Below, piece by piece: positions 8,321-17,380 of a DNA stretch of 32,000 bases. Below the pieces are notes generated by a model, which saw nothing but the letters and a program-made list of their open reading frames with translations, was not told where the DNA came from and did no database searches. A program made the position numbers and the translations under genes. Within the stretch, counting starts at the first letter, position 1. Each line of letters starts with the position of its first letter. The stretch is from Erysipelotrichaceae bacterium. GTDB taxonomy: Bacteria; Bacillota_I; Bacilli_A; Erysipelotrichales; Erysipelotrichaceae. The DNA lies in the NCBI GenBank assembly GCA_963663995.1, contig OY760660.1:750001-782000 (forward strand). Direction: 5' to 3'.

Positions 8321-9412
8321 TTAGAAAATTTCCTTAATAGTGTTCACAAAAACATCGATATCTTCAAAACTCGTTAAATGAGACAAGGATATTCTAAAAG
8401 AAGTTTTCGCATAATCTTCATTTTTAGATAAAGCATAAACCGATTTAGAGAATTCCTCTTGACCACTACAAGCTGATTTAGATGAACAATAAATACCTTT
8501 ATCAGATAAACGGATTAAATCTTTTTCAGGATGTGAGTCGGCAATCGAGAGATTAAAAATATGAGGAATGGATACATCATTTGAATTAATATGGATTTTA
8601 GGATTATTGGCTAAGGCATTTCTTAAATAAATATTAAGTTGACGCACTTTATCAATTCTTTCATCTAGTTCACCTATCGCTAATTCAATCGCTTTTTGAA
8701 AAGCAGCTAATAAAGCCGACGCTGGAGTGGATGATCTAAAAGGTGTAAGACTATGCCCCCCATGTAAAAGTGGTACAAGCTTGACTGATTTCTTTTTGAT
8801 AAGAGCTCCTACCCCTTTTGGTCCATAAATTTTATGAGCTGAAATCGAAACACAATCCATATCTTTAAAATCAATCATTGTTTTACCTAAAGCTTGGGTG
8901 GCATCACAATGAAAAAGGATCTTATTTTCTTTGCAGTATTGGGCAACTTCTTCAACAGGTTGTCGAATGCCTGTCTCAGAATCAACAGCGACTAAAGTCA
9001 CCATTAAAGTATTTTCTTTAACTAAATTCTTTAATGAATGGATGTCATATAAACCATTTTCATCTAAAGCAATAAAATCAACCTCTAGGTCTAAAGAATT
9101 AATCGCTGCCACTACAGATGCATGTTCAAACTCTGAAGTAATGATATGTTTCTTATGGGGATTTTTATAATAAGCCCCTTTTATCGCAAAGTTATTTGCT
9201 TCAACAGCAGATGAAGTTAAAATAAACTCTTCAACTTCAATGTTTAAACTTTGAGCTATTTTTTGTATATTTTCATCATTAAAAACTTTAGCTTTTAAAC
9301 CTAAAGCATGACTTGAATTTGCATTTGCAAAATAGTTTTTCTCAGCATTGACCCAGGCTTCGATGACTCTCTCATCGATTGGTGTGGTAGCTGAATAATC
9401 GAGATAAACCAT
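8321..9412 (-). CDS. Class V aminotransferase, cysteine desulfurase (NifS/IscS-like, group I)
   Basis: PLP-lysine motif SAHKIYGPKGVGAL and a catalytic loop SSKSACSG near the C-terminus. 363 aa. Confidence 0.85.
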   Translation of the reverse strand: MVYLDYSATTPIDERVIEAWVNAEKNYFANANSSHALGLKAKVFNDENIQKIAQSLNIEVEEFILTSSAVEANNFAIKGAYYKNPHKKHIITSEFEHASVVAAINSLDLEVDFIALDENGLYDIHSLKNLVKENTLMVTLVAVDSETGIRQPVEEVAQYCKENKILFHCDATQALGKTMIDFKDMDCVSISAHKIYGPKGVGALIKKKSVKLVPLLHGGHSLTPFRSSTPASALLAAFQKAIELAIGELDERIDKVRQLNIYLRNALANNPKIHINSNDVSIPHIFNLSIADSHPEKDLIRLSDKGIYCSSKSACSGQEEFSKSVYALSKNEDYAKTSFRISLSHLTSFEDIDVFVNTIKEIF

Positions 9413-9732
9413 TATTCAACAACAACAGCTGTTCCTGAAACAGTGACCATCAACATTGAACCTGCTTGGCCTAAAACTTCATAATCTAAATCTACGCCAA
9501 CAACAGCGTTTGCGCCTAAAGCGATAGCACGTTGTTCCATTTCATGGATTGCTTCTTCACGGGCTTGAATGAGTTCACCTTCATAGGTTTTTGAGCGTCC
9601 ACCAAAAATATCTGACATACCTGCCATAAAATCTTTAACAAAGTTGACACCCGTAATAACTTCACCGATGACTAAGCCTTTGTATTCTTTAATTGTTTTT
9701 CCTTCAATACTTGGGGTTGTGGTTGTGATCAT
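9412..9732 (-). CDS. YbjQ/UPF0145 family protein
   Basis: [28 protein letters not shown]...[13 protein letters not shown] is typical of UPF0145. I chose the start at 9732 because AAAGGAGA lies 7 nt upstream. The longer ORF start at 9780 would overlap hflX. Confidence 0.8.
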   Translation of the reverse strand: MITTTTPSIEGKTIKEYKGLVIGEVITGVNFVKDFMAGMSDIFGGRSKTYEGELIQAREEAIHEMEQRAIALGANAVVGVDLDYEVLGQAGSMLMVTVSGTAVVVE

Positions 9733-9745
9733 TTTGATTCTCCTT

Positions 9746-10969
9746 TTAACTTTTATATTGATTCCATTCACTCTCTTCATTTATTGAAAATGGAATGGTT
9801 ACTAAGAAGCCTTCTTCAGCTTCTCTTATTTCACAATGACTAATGACTTTTTTAAGCTCATTTAAAACCAAAATCTTTTCATAAGGGATGAGTAATTGGC
9901 TATGATGTTGAATCTTTTGTAGTTCACTATCAATTCGATCAATAAGTTCATCTAAGTGATAACCTGTTTTAGCACTGACACATAGCCCAGGATGTTGGGC
10001 AATATCAGCTTTATTATAGACTGTCAAAATCGCTTTATCCTCGACTTCAAGCTCTTTAAGTGTCTCTAAAGTTACCATTTGTTGATTAAAGGCATGCTCA
10101 CTCGATGCGTCAATCACATGGATTAGTAAATCAGCGTAACGTACTTCATCTAGCGTTGAATGAAAGGCTTTAACCAAACTATGCGGTAAATTGGAGACAA
10201 AACCAACTGTATCGGTAAGAATGACATTCTTTTTATTAAGGACACAGTGACGTGATGAGGTTGAGAGGGTTTCAAATAATCGATCATTAGCTTCAACATT
10301 TTTTTGTTGATGTCTGGTTAATCGCTCCAGTAATGCATTCATCAAAGAACTCTTACCAACATTGGTGTAACCAACAAAAGCGACCACTAAAGCATTTGAC
10401 TTTCGTCGTGCTTGCACTTGAGTATTGTGAATATGTGCACTTTTCTTAAGTTCTCTTTGAATTTGTTGAAATTGTTTAAGGGCACTTCTCCGTCTTAAAT
10501 CAAGTAATCGCTCCCCTGCTCCACGTGTTTTTGCAGCCCCACCTTGTTGACGACCTGTATGGGTGCGATGGGTTTTAAGTCGAGGCAACAAATAACTTAA
10601 TCGAGCTGACTCTACTTGTAACTTAGCTTCTTTAGAAGATGCTCGTCGTCCAAAAATCATTAGGATAAGTTGAGTGCGATCTAAGACTTGTAGATTGAGT
10701 ATTTCTTCTAAATTTCGATGTTGGGCTGGTGATAATTCATCTAGCGTTACAACATAGTCAATGTCATCTTTTTCAATCACCTCAATGAGTTCTTCAATTT
10801 TCCCTGAACCTAAGTAATAAGGCATTTCTTCTTGGGTACTTTGAGTGATATATGAGACCAATTCAAAATCAGCCGCTTCAATCAGTTCTGCACATTCTTG
10901 TAAGCGATGATTAAAATTTAAATCATGATTTAAATTAATCGCGATTAGCGTTACTTGAGCTTTATCCAA
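9746..10969 (-). CDS. hflX: GTPase HflX
   Basis: HflX N-terminal domain and coiled linker, G1 [11 protein letters not shown]3 DTVGF, G4 NKAD. 407 aa. Confidence 0.85.
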   Translation of the reverse strand: MDKAQVTLIAINLNHDLNFNHRLQECAELIEAADFELVSYITQSTQEEMPYYLGSGKIEELIEVIEKDDIDYVVTLDELSPAQHRNLEEILNLQVLDRTQLILMIFGRRASSKEAKLQVESARLSYLLPRLKTHRTHTGRQQGGAAKTRGAGERLLDLRRRSALKQFQQIQRELKKSAHIHNTQVQARRKSNALVVAFVGYTNVGKSSLMNALLERLTRHQQKNVEANDRLFETLSTSSRHCVLNKKNVILTDTVGFVSNLPHSLVKAFHSTLDEVRYADLLIHVIDASSEHAFNQQMVTLETLKELEVEDKAILTVYNKADIAQHPGLCVSAKTGYHLDELIDRIDSELQKIQHHSQLLIPYEKILVLNELKKVISHCEIREAEEGFLVTIPFSINEESEWNQYKS

Positions 10970-11834
10970 TGACTTTCCACTCCAGTTCTAATTCAACATC
11001 AAATTTTTCCTTGACTCGTTTTTGACATAAATCTAATAAATCACACACATCTTCAGCGCTCGCTTGACCACAATTCACAATAAAACCAGGATGTTTATCA
11101 CTGATTTGTGCATCATTTATTCTATACCCTCTTAAATCACAAGCTTCGAGTAATTTCCAAACATAGAGTGTTTCGCCATTCTTACTTGGTCTCTTAAAAA
11201 CAGAACCAGCATTGGCAAAATTTCGTGGTTGTTTAGCATAGCGATTCTTTTTATAAGTAAAGATTTGATCAAGAATCTCATCTTGTTGTCCTTGACGTCT
11301 TTTTAATGAAGCTTGAAGAATGATTTGATCCTTGGTAAAGGATGAAGAACGATATTTAAAAAAACCGTCTTGAGGAAAGATTCGCTCAACAGAATGTGTT
11401 TTTAAATCATAAACATCGACCCAGTTGACAGATTCACCAATCGTAAATTCATACTGTCCAGCATTCATAATTAAAGCCCCACCGATTGTACCGGGGATGT
11501 CTTCACAAAAAGCATAGCCATCAATACTTAAATCAACAGCTAACCAAGCTAAGTGATTTAAACTACAGCCTGCTTGAACAAACAACTCATCATCTAAGAC
11601 TTCAATTTGATTAAGATGATGGGTAATGATAAAAGGGCTTGATTCATCATAAAAATCTTTCTTTAGAAAGATATTTGAACCTTTACCAATAATGATTGCT
11701 TTACCATTTGTCTGGTTTAAAGCTTCAATCATTTCTTCAATACTTAAAGGAAGATAGATAAAAGCTGCTGAAGCATCAAGTTTCAGTGTATTAAAAGCTT
11801 TTAAAGAGTGATTTTTAAGAATGTTTAGACTCAT
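10962..11834 (-). CDS. murB: UDP-N-acetylenolpyruvoylglucosamine reductase MurB
   Basis: FAD-binding PCMH-type N-terminus (GKGSN.F), GGALIMNAG, and C-terminal MurB domain (GSVFKRP, SDKHPGFIVN). 290 aa. ATGA overlap with the upstream gene. Confidence 0.85.
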   Translation of the reverse strand: MSLNILKNHSLKAFNTLKLDASAAFIYLPLSIEEMIEALNQTNGKAIIIGKGSNIFLKKDFYDESSPFIITHHLNQIEVLDDELFVQAGCSLNHLAWLAVDLSIDGYAFCEDIPGTIGGALIMNAGQYEFTIGESVNWVDVYDLKTHSVERIFPQDGFFKYRSSSFTKDQIILQASLKRRQGQQDEILDQIFTYKKNRYAKQPRNFANAGSVFKRPSKNGETLYVWKLLEACDLRGYRINDAQISDKHPGFIVNCGQASAEDVCDLLDLCQKRVKEKFDVELELEWKVIG

Positions 11835-12550
11835 GAATTTTTAATGCGGATATATTTATGTGAGATATTTGGATTCGATGTACGTCTTGATTGAATTTCA
11901 AAGACTTTTAATGAACTCACTAACGGTGTTAATTTATGATAACCATAGTTACGGGTATCAAATTCTGGCATTCTTTTGGATAAGATATTTCCGACTTCAC
12001 CTAAGAAAGCCCAACCATCATCATCCGATTGTTCATTGATAATGGTACTGAGTATTTTTTCTAAAGCTTCTGTTTTCTTGCTTTGTGATTTAGCACTTTC
12101 TTTTGGTTCAACGGTACCTAACAAAACTTCTAGATACTTAAAACGCTCACAAGCGGCAATAAAGGCTGAAGGTGTTTTCTTTTCACCCATCCCAATAACG
12201 ACTTTGCCTGCTTCTCTTAATCTTGAAGCAAGGCGTGTAAAGTCTGAATCAGAGGAAACAATACAGAAACCATCCACATTTTGTGAATAGAGAATATCCA
12301 TCGCATCAATGATTAATGCTGCATCTGTGGCATTTTTGCCGGTTGTATAAGCATATTGTTGAATGGGTGATATCGAGTAATCTAATAAGACTGATTTCCA
12401 TTGAGCCAATTGTGGCTTTGTCCAATCCCCATATATTCTTTTATAAGTCGGTGTGCCATGATTTGATAATTCATCAAACATCGCTTTAACGTATTTCTCA
12501 GAGACATTATCTGCGTCAATCAAAACCGCTATTCTTAAATCTTTTTCCAT
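11831..12550 (-). CDS. NYN (LabA/PIN-like) ribonuclease domain fused to a C-terminal OST-HTH/LOTUS domain
   Basis: N-terminal IAVLIDADNV ... IVSSDSDFTRLA acidic residues typical of NYN domains. The C-terminal ~70 aa (GWAFLGEVGNILSKRMPEFDTRNYGYHKLTPLV) matches the OST-HTH pattern. 239 aa. Confidence 0.7.
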   Translation of the reverse strand: MEKDLRIAVLIDADNVSEKYVKAMFDELSNHGTPTYKRIYGDWTKPQLAQWKSVLLDYSISPIQQYAYTTGKNATDAALIIDAMDILYSQNVDGFCIVSSDSDFTRLASRLREAGKVVIGMGEKKTPSAFIAACERFKYLEVLLGTVEPKESAKSQSKKTEALEKILSTIINEQSDDDGWAFLGEVGNILSKRMPEFDTRNYGYHKLTPLVSSLKVFEIQSRRTSNPNISHKYIRIKNS

Positions 12551-12580
12551 CTGATTCCTTTCAAGAGTTATCTTTTGTTT

Positions 12581-12589
12581 ATTATAGCA
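12581..12589 (-). promoter_or_regulatory. Extended -10 promoter TGCTATAAT for the NYN-murB-hflX operon
   Basis: Minus strand reads TGC-TATAAT about 30 nt upstream of the ATG at 12550, followed by SD GAAAGGA. Confidence 0.45.
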
Positions 12590-12598
12590 TTCTCATCT

Positions 12599-13297
12599 TT
12601 ATAAATCTTTTGAAATCAGGTCACTGACCACTTGTTGAGCAATCAATAAACCAGCACTGGCTGGCACAAATATCATTGATCCATTGACCAACTTTTCTTG
12701 ATAATCAACTTTGGTTGAAGGAAGTGCCTTTTCACTTGAATAGATTACTTTACAATCCCCATAGTTCTGTTGACGTGCTAAGAGTCGCATTTTTTTAGCT
12801 AAGGGATCCATTTCCGTTTTTGATAATTTTGAGATTTTTAATTTTAATGGGTCTAATTTACGAGCTGTGCCTAAACTCATGATAAAAGGAATTTTTCTAA
12901 GATTACAGACTCTTAACAGTTCGAGTTTAGAAGGAACATGATCAATCGCATCGACCACATAATCAAAAAGCGAAAAATCTAACTGACTTTCGTGATCAAA
13001 ATATATTGGATAAGTATGTATTTTTAAATCCGGATTAATCTTTAGTAATCGCTCTTTTATCACATCAACTTTTATTTCATTGATGTTATCGACATTGGTC
13101 ATGAGTTGCCGATTTAAGTTGGTGATATCGATACGATCAAAATCAATTAAACTTATCTCGCCAATACCTGTTCTGACTAAACCTTCACAGACAAAAGATC
13201 CAACCCCACCTACACCAAACACAGCAACGTGTTTTTGCGCGAGTAATTCACAGTTTTCTTCCCCAATTAAATAGCTATTTCTTGTATTAAATTTCAT
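12599..13297 (-). CDS. tcdA: ThiF-family tRNA threonylcarbamoyladenosine dehydratase
   Basis: E1-like Rossmann motif VAVFGVGGVGSF. The size (232 aa) and overall pattern are typical of TcdA/CsdL. Confidence 0.7.
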   Translation of the reverse strand: MKFNTRNSYLIGEENCELLAQKHVAVFGVGGVGSFVCEGLVRTGIGEISLIDFDRIDITNLNRQLMTNVDNINEIKVDVIKERLLKINPDLKIHTYPIYFDHESQLDFSLFDYVVDAIDHVPSKLELLRVCNLRKIPFIMSLGTARKLDPLKLKISKLSKTEMDPLAKKMRLLARQQNYGDCKVIYSSEKALPSTKVDYQEKLVNGSMIFVPASAGLLIAQQVVSDLISKDL

Positions 13298-13298
13298 C

Positions 13299-13327
13299 TT
13301 GTTTATGATTCTTCTTTCATATACAAT
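13299..13327 (+). promoter_or_regulatory. Candidate sigma-A promoter for queT, TTGTTT-17 nt-TACAAT
   Basis: TTGTTT at 13299-13304 and TACAAT at 13322-13327. SD AGGAG at 13349-13353 lies 7 nt before the ATG. Confidence 0.45.
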
Positions 13328-13360
13328 ACCAAAGTATCATATAAAAACAGGAGATAAAAC

Positions 13361-13864
13361 ATGTTTACAACTAAAACAATGATTAAAGTGTCGCTGATTG
13401 CGGCTATCTATACGATTTTAAGCTTAGTGCTTGCCCCTATCTCATTTGGAAATATCCAAGTGAGAGTGGCTGAAGCACTCACCCTTTTACCACTTATTTA
13501 TGCGCCAGCCATTGTTGCTTTAACCATCGGTTGTTTCATCACAAACTTAGTAGGGGTTGTAATGGGTGCTAATTTACTTGGAATGATGGATGTTGTGATT
13601 GGGACAAGTGCAACCCTTATTGCTGCATTGATTACCTATCAATTTAGAAATGTCCAAATTAAAGATATCCCCGTTATTTCAATTTTAAGTCCAATTGTGA
13701 TTAATGCGCTCATCATTGGTGCAGAACTCGCTTATGTTCTTTTACCAAGTCTTGCTGGTTTTGCTTTATTTGCGCTTGATGTTGCATTTGGTCAAGCTGT
13801 ATCAATCATCATCATTGGTATGCCTTTATTAGCTTGGTTTAAAAAAACACGCCTTTTTGATTAA
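13361..13864 (+). CDS. queT: QueT queuosine-precursor transporter (ECF-type S component)
   Basis: 167-aa, 5-6 TM protein with GNIQVRVAEALTLLP near the N-terminus, as I recall for the QueT family. Confidence 0.65.
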   Translation: MFTTKTMIKVSLIAAIYTILSLVLAPISFGNIQVRVAEALTLLPLIYAPAIVALTIGCFITNLVGVVMGANLLGMMDVVIGTSATLIAALITYQFRNVQIKDIPVISILSPIVINALIIGAELAYVLLPSLAGFALFALDVAFGQAVSIIIIGMPLLAWFKKTRLFD

Positions 13865-13874
13865 GAACGTGTTT
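13845..13874. terminator. Bidirectional hairpin spanning the overlapping queT/SDR stop codons
   Basis: AAACACG (13845-13851) pairs with CGTGTTT (13868-13874). An inner 3-bp extension is possible. An A7 run lies on one side and T-rich sequence on the other, so both strands read hairpin plus U-tract. Confidence 0.4.
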
Positions 13875-14634
13875 CTTGTATTTTCTTTACGACTTTTGAG
13901 GCAAATGTTCTCGGCGTAAATTTCGTTAGAATCACTAAAATTTGATTTCTAAAACCAGGAACACTTATCGCTTTATTCGCATGCAAATCTCGCATGCTTT
14001 TTTTTACAACGCTTAATGAATCCATGGTGAATTTTTCAAACAAGAGTGAAGGTCCATTTTTCGCTACTTTAAAGAAATTAGTATGAGTTGGTCCTGGACA
14101 CAAAGCACTCACTTTAATATTGTATTCACTTAATTCATCTCTTAATGCATTCGATAATGAAAGCACATAGGCTTTAGTGGCATAATACTCAGCCATATAA
14201 GGACCCGCTGTAAAAGCAGCCACAGAAGCAACATTAAGGATTTCTCCCCTTTTATGCTCTTTCATCGTCGGAATAAAATGATAAGCTAATAAACTTAGAG
14301 CTTCGATATTAACGCGAATCATACTGACTAAGGTGTCTTCACTTTGCGTATCAAACGCACTATGATTACCAAAACCAGCATTGTTAATTAGGCGTGATAC
14401 AAAAAACGCTTTAGATAGTTTTTCTACAAAATCTTTAGTTTGTCTAAGATCACTAAGATCTACTTGATAAATCAAGACATCAATTTCATAGTCTTTTAAA
14501 TCTTCTTTAAGTGCTTCTAAAAGTTCATAACGACGAGCAACTAAGATTAAATTTTGTTTTTTCTTTGCATATTCATAAGCAAAATCTTTACCTAATCCTG
14601 AAGATGCACCAGTAATAAGGGTATATTCTTTCAT
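13861..14634 (-). CDS. Short-chain dehydrogenase/reductase (classical SDR)
   Basis: TGASSGLG cofactor motif, NNAG, catalytic YxxxK (YYATKAY). I chose the start at 14634 (MKEYTLITGASSGLG), which forms an ATGA overlap with the zur stop. Confidence 0.85.
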   Translation of the reverse strand: MKEYTLITGASSGLGKDFAYEYAKKKQNLILVARRYELLEALKEDLKDYEIDVLIYQVDLSDLRQTKDFVEKLSKAFFVSRLINNAGFGNHSAFDTQSEDTLVSMIRVNIEALSLLAYHFIPTMKEHKRGEILNVASVAAFTAGPYMAEYYATKAYVLSLSNALRDELSEYNIKVSALCPGPTHTNFFKVAKNGPSLLFEKFTMDSLSVVKKSMRDLHANKAISVPGFRNQILVILTKFTPRTFASKVVKKIQETRS

Positions 14635-15017
14635 TTTTTCTCTCTTTTCTGTGCACATTCCTGACACAAACCTTCAATTTCAATGCGATGATCTAAAATA
14701 ATAAAGCCAGCTGGGGCATGTAAATGTAAAGGACAAGATTCAAGGGTAAGTTCCTTCTTACAATCAATACATTTAATTTTGTGTAAATGTCTATTCTCAT
14801 TTTTCTCGTAACGTCTAACTTGAGGATTAAAATCATCACTTAAACGAATGATTGAATGCTTACTAAATTCATCGACAATGCGATACAGGGTTGCAAGATG
14901 GATTTCTGGAAAAATCTCATGAAGTTCTTCGACACTGATTGAAGCACTTAAATTCTTAAAATAATTAAAGACCATTAGACGTCCTTTTGTCTTTTTTAAA
15001 TCCTTTGGGTAAATCAT
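14631..15017 (-). CDS. zur: Fur-family metalloregulator, probably Zur
   Basis: Winged-helix N-terminus, HLHKIKCIDCKK and GLCQEC (two CxxC pairs). It is the last regulator gene of a metal ABC importer operon. Confidence 0.7.
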   Translation of the reverse strand: MIYPKDLKKTKGRLMVFNYFKNLSASISVEELHEIFPEIHLATLYRIVDEFSKHSIIRLSDDFNPQVRRYEKNENRHLHKIKCIDCKKELTLESCPLHLHAPAGFIILDHRIEIEGLCQECAQKREKK

Positions 15018-15808
15018 CGTTTACGTAGTCCTTTAAGAGGTAAGACAAGTAAATAGACTAGTACAGATAATAAGACGACTGCTCCTCCTGGTTTTAAACC
15101 TAAATAGAACGATAGTGTTAAACCAGTCAGCATCGAGAAGAGTGAAAATCCTATCGCATAGACTAAAGTTGATTTATAACTTTTCGCAATTTGTAGGGCA
15201 CTTGCGACGGGTAATATCAATAATGAACTAAGAATTAGTGATCCAACCGTTTTAGCGGCAATGCTTAAACTAAGACCTAGCATAATCAGAAAAAGAGCAT
15301 TCACCAATTTGACATTTAAGCCTAAATGACGCGCTTCATTCTCATCAAAAGTCATCGCAAATATTTCTTTATAAAACAAAATATAGAGTGCTAAAATCAA
15401 AATCGTTATGAGCGCAATCCATTTTACTTCACTTGGTGTTGTTGCCACAATCGAACCAAATAAAAACGAATTAAAATTAGCTGAATCAGAAACATAGGAT
15501 GAAAGTGTTCCCGCTAAACCAATCCCAACTGCCATTAATATAGAGACAGATACCTCTGCATAATCAGGAAGTCGTTTTCTTAAGATATCAATAAAAAGAA
15601 TGCCTAGTATTGATGTCATCATCGCAGAAATAATTGGGTCAACTCCAATCAACATCCCAATTGCGATTCCTGCTAAGGTCGCATGAGCTACTGCATCTGA
15701 AACCATCGATAAACGTCTTAACACTAAAGTTTGTCCCATTAATGGAGCAATCAATGAAATCATTAAACCAACCGATAGAGCTCTTATCATAAAAGCATAC
15801 TCAAACAT
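15014..15808 (-). CDS. znuB: Metal (zinc/manganese) ABC transporter permease
   Basis: 264 aa, 8-9 TM, ABC-3 family pattern (SDAVAHATLAG). ATGA-type overlaps on both sides. Confidence 0.8.
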   Translation of the reverse strand: MFEYAFMIRALSVGLMISLIAPLMGQTLVLRRLSMVSDAVAHATLAGIAIGMLIGVDPIISAMMTSILGILFIDILRKRLPDYAEVSVSILMAVGIGLAGTLSSYVSDSANFNSFLFGSIVATTPSEVKWIALITILILALYILFYKEIFAMTFDENEARHLGLNVKLVNALFLIMLGLSLSIAAKTVGSLILSSLLILPVASALQIAKSYKSTLVYAIGFSLFSMLTGLTLSFYLGLKPGGAVVLLSVLVYLLVLPLKGLRKR

Positions 15809-16505
15809 GATGAACTCCTATGTGTTGATGTCGATGCGCTAATTCTTCTTGAATACTTGTTTCATCTAGTTCTAATACATCGTGCTCTGAGACACAAAGT
15901 ATTTTATTTGAAACCATTTGTGCTAAAGCTAAATCATGACTGACCATGACAATACTTAATCCTTTATCTTGAAAAGCTTTCAACTGTTTTAAAAGTTCTA
16001 AAGTAAAATGGGGATCTAATGCGGAGGTTGGTTCATCTAAAAAGAGAATATCTGGCCGTGCTAATAAAGCTTTCGCAATAAAAACGCGTTGTCTTTGTCC
16101 ACCTGATAATTCACTTAATCGAGTATGAACTTCATTTTCTAAACCGAGTTTTTTAAGCATATCAATTGCTTCTTCTTTTTGTGATTTTGTGATGCGTTTA
16201 AATAAGCCTAAATCAGCACTAAAAGCACTACTGACTATTTCATAAGCTGTCGCAGGAAAACGGTTATGGATCGAAAAATCATGTTGACCGACATAGGCTG
16301 TTTTAACATTATCAGCACAAATAATTCTGCCAATTTGAAGAGGAAGTCTTAAAGAAATCACTTTGAGTAAAGTGCTTTTCCCTGCCCCGTTATTACCAAT
16401 AAAGACGATCCAATCACCTTTATTTACGGATAAATTAAAATTCTCAAAAAGTGATTTTTGAGGATAGCGATAAGAACAGTTTTCAATTCTTAATAGTTCT
16501 GTCAT
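15801..16505 (-). CDS. znuC: Metal ABC transporter ATP-binding protein
   Basis: Walker A GNNGAGKST, signature LSGGQRQR, Walker B ILFLDEP. 234 aa. Confidence 0.85.
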   Translation of the reverse strand: MTELLRIENCSYRYPQKSLFENFNLSVNKGDWIVFIGNNGAGKSTLLKVISLRLPLQIGRIICADNVKTAYVGQHDFSIHNRFPATAYEIVSSAFSADLGLFKRITKSQKEEAIDMLKKLGLENEVHTRLSELSGGQRQRVFIAKALLARPDILFLDEPTSALDPHFTLELLKQLKAFQDKGLSIVMVSHDLALAQMVSNKILCVSEHDVLELDETSIQEELAHRHQHIGVHHV

Positions 16506-17371
16506 TTGAGGGCCTCTGCTAAGTTAATGATATTATTTCTGATAAGATCAAGGACATCCCTATCACTGTTTAAATCAATCGATTCTAGTGAGGATAATAG
16601 ACGGATTTCAACTCCCGTTTCAAGGGCTAATGTTTCTGCGACATCTTTCTCATCTTCATTTTCATAAAAAATGATTTTTAAATCATTATTTCTAATCACT
16701 TGAATCACTTCTTGAAGATGTGAAGCATCCACTTCATTAACATGACCTGGATCAGATACAGAAATCATCTCAACTCCATATTCATTCGCTAAATATACAA
16801 AAGCTGGTCGTTGTGTGACAAATAAACTTTTTGATTTTTGGTTAAATAAATCTCTTGTTTCATCTTCGATACTTTCAATTCTAATTAAAATCTGATTTAG
16901 GTTTTCATCAATCTTGGCAGAATCTTCAACAAAACTTTTTAGATGTTCAGCAATATCAATCGTCATTTGTTTAAAGTTTGATAATGAAGTCCAGACATGA
17001 GGATCAATTTCACCTAATGAATCATTTAATAAATCAATATTTTGTGAGACATCTAAAACCTCAGCCTTAGCTGGTTTAATTTCAGGATAGCTTTCGCTAT
17101 ACCAATGTTCAAAATTATTTCCAACGATGATGAGATGTTCTATTTTAGAGAGATTAATCATATCGTTTGAATCAAGCTCATAACTATGTGGATCTGCATT
17201 TACAGGTAATAGATTAATCACTTCGACTTGATCTTCAGCCAATAAATTAACAATCGCTTCTAAGACAACAAAACTAACCACGACTTGTGTTTTATCATTT
17301 GTATTTTCATTTACAACACAGCCATTTAAGACAAGTGTTGTTATTAATAGACTGAGTATTATTTTTTTCAT
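16502..17371 (-). CDS. znuA: Metal ABC transporter substrate-binding lipoprotein (TroA/ZnuA cluster)
   Basis: Lipobox LVLNGC, metal-ligand histidines in DPHSYE and DPHVW contexts. 289 aa. Confidence 0.8.
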   Translation of the reverse strand: MKKIILSLLITTLVLNGCVVNENTNDKTQVVVSFVVLEAIVNLLAEDQVEVINLLPVNADPHSYELDSNDMINLSKIEHLIIVGNNFEHWYSESYPEIKPAKAEVLDVSQNIDLLNDSLGEIDPHVWTSLSNFKQMTIDIAEHLKSFVEDSAKIDENLNQILIRIESIEDETRDLFNQKSKSLFVTQRPAFVYLANEYGVEMISVSDPGHVNEVDASHLQEVIQVIRNNDLKIIFYENEDEKDVAETLALETGVEIRLLSSLESIDLNSDRDVLDLIRNNIINLAEALK

Positions 17372-17380
17372 GAATCTCCT

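Noticed and set aside
9317-9331. TTTGCATTTGCAAA palindrome inside the desulfurase gene, sharing a 10-nt identity (ATTTGCATTT) with the right half of the putative Zur box.
   Set aside because: It lies deep inside a coding region with no promoter context. A 10-nt AT-rich match is roughly expected by chance in 64 kb of two-strand sequence.
9733-9780. Longer N-terminal extensions offered by the ORF track for ybjQ (9780), and likewise for the SDR (14667), GrpB (25720), padR (26759), the small helical protein (28801), pirin (30247) and rubrerythrin (30893).
   Set aside because: For ybjQ, pirin and rubrerythrin an internal Met sits downstream of a good SD. For the SDR, GrpB and the small helical protein it forms a short start/stop overlap with the upstream gene. 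For padR it abuts the -10/palindrome. Each internal Met also matches the usual family N-terminus where one is known. The extensions would overlap upstream genes or add unconserved hydrophobic tails.
13298-13360. Possible preQ1 riboswitch in the queT leader. The A-rich tail AUAUAAAAACAGGAG resembles the 3' tail of class-I preQ1 aptamers, and queT is a classic preQ1-regulated gene.
   Set aside because: The only stem directly upstream (AUAC-CAAA-GUAU) has a 4-nt loop, which is too small to provide the pseudoknot strand and the ligand-contacting loop nucleotides. The best promoter (TTGTTT-17-TACAAT) would leave only about 25 nt of leader. A covariance-model scan (Rfam preQ1-I/II/III) would settle it.
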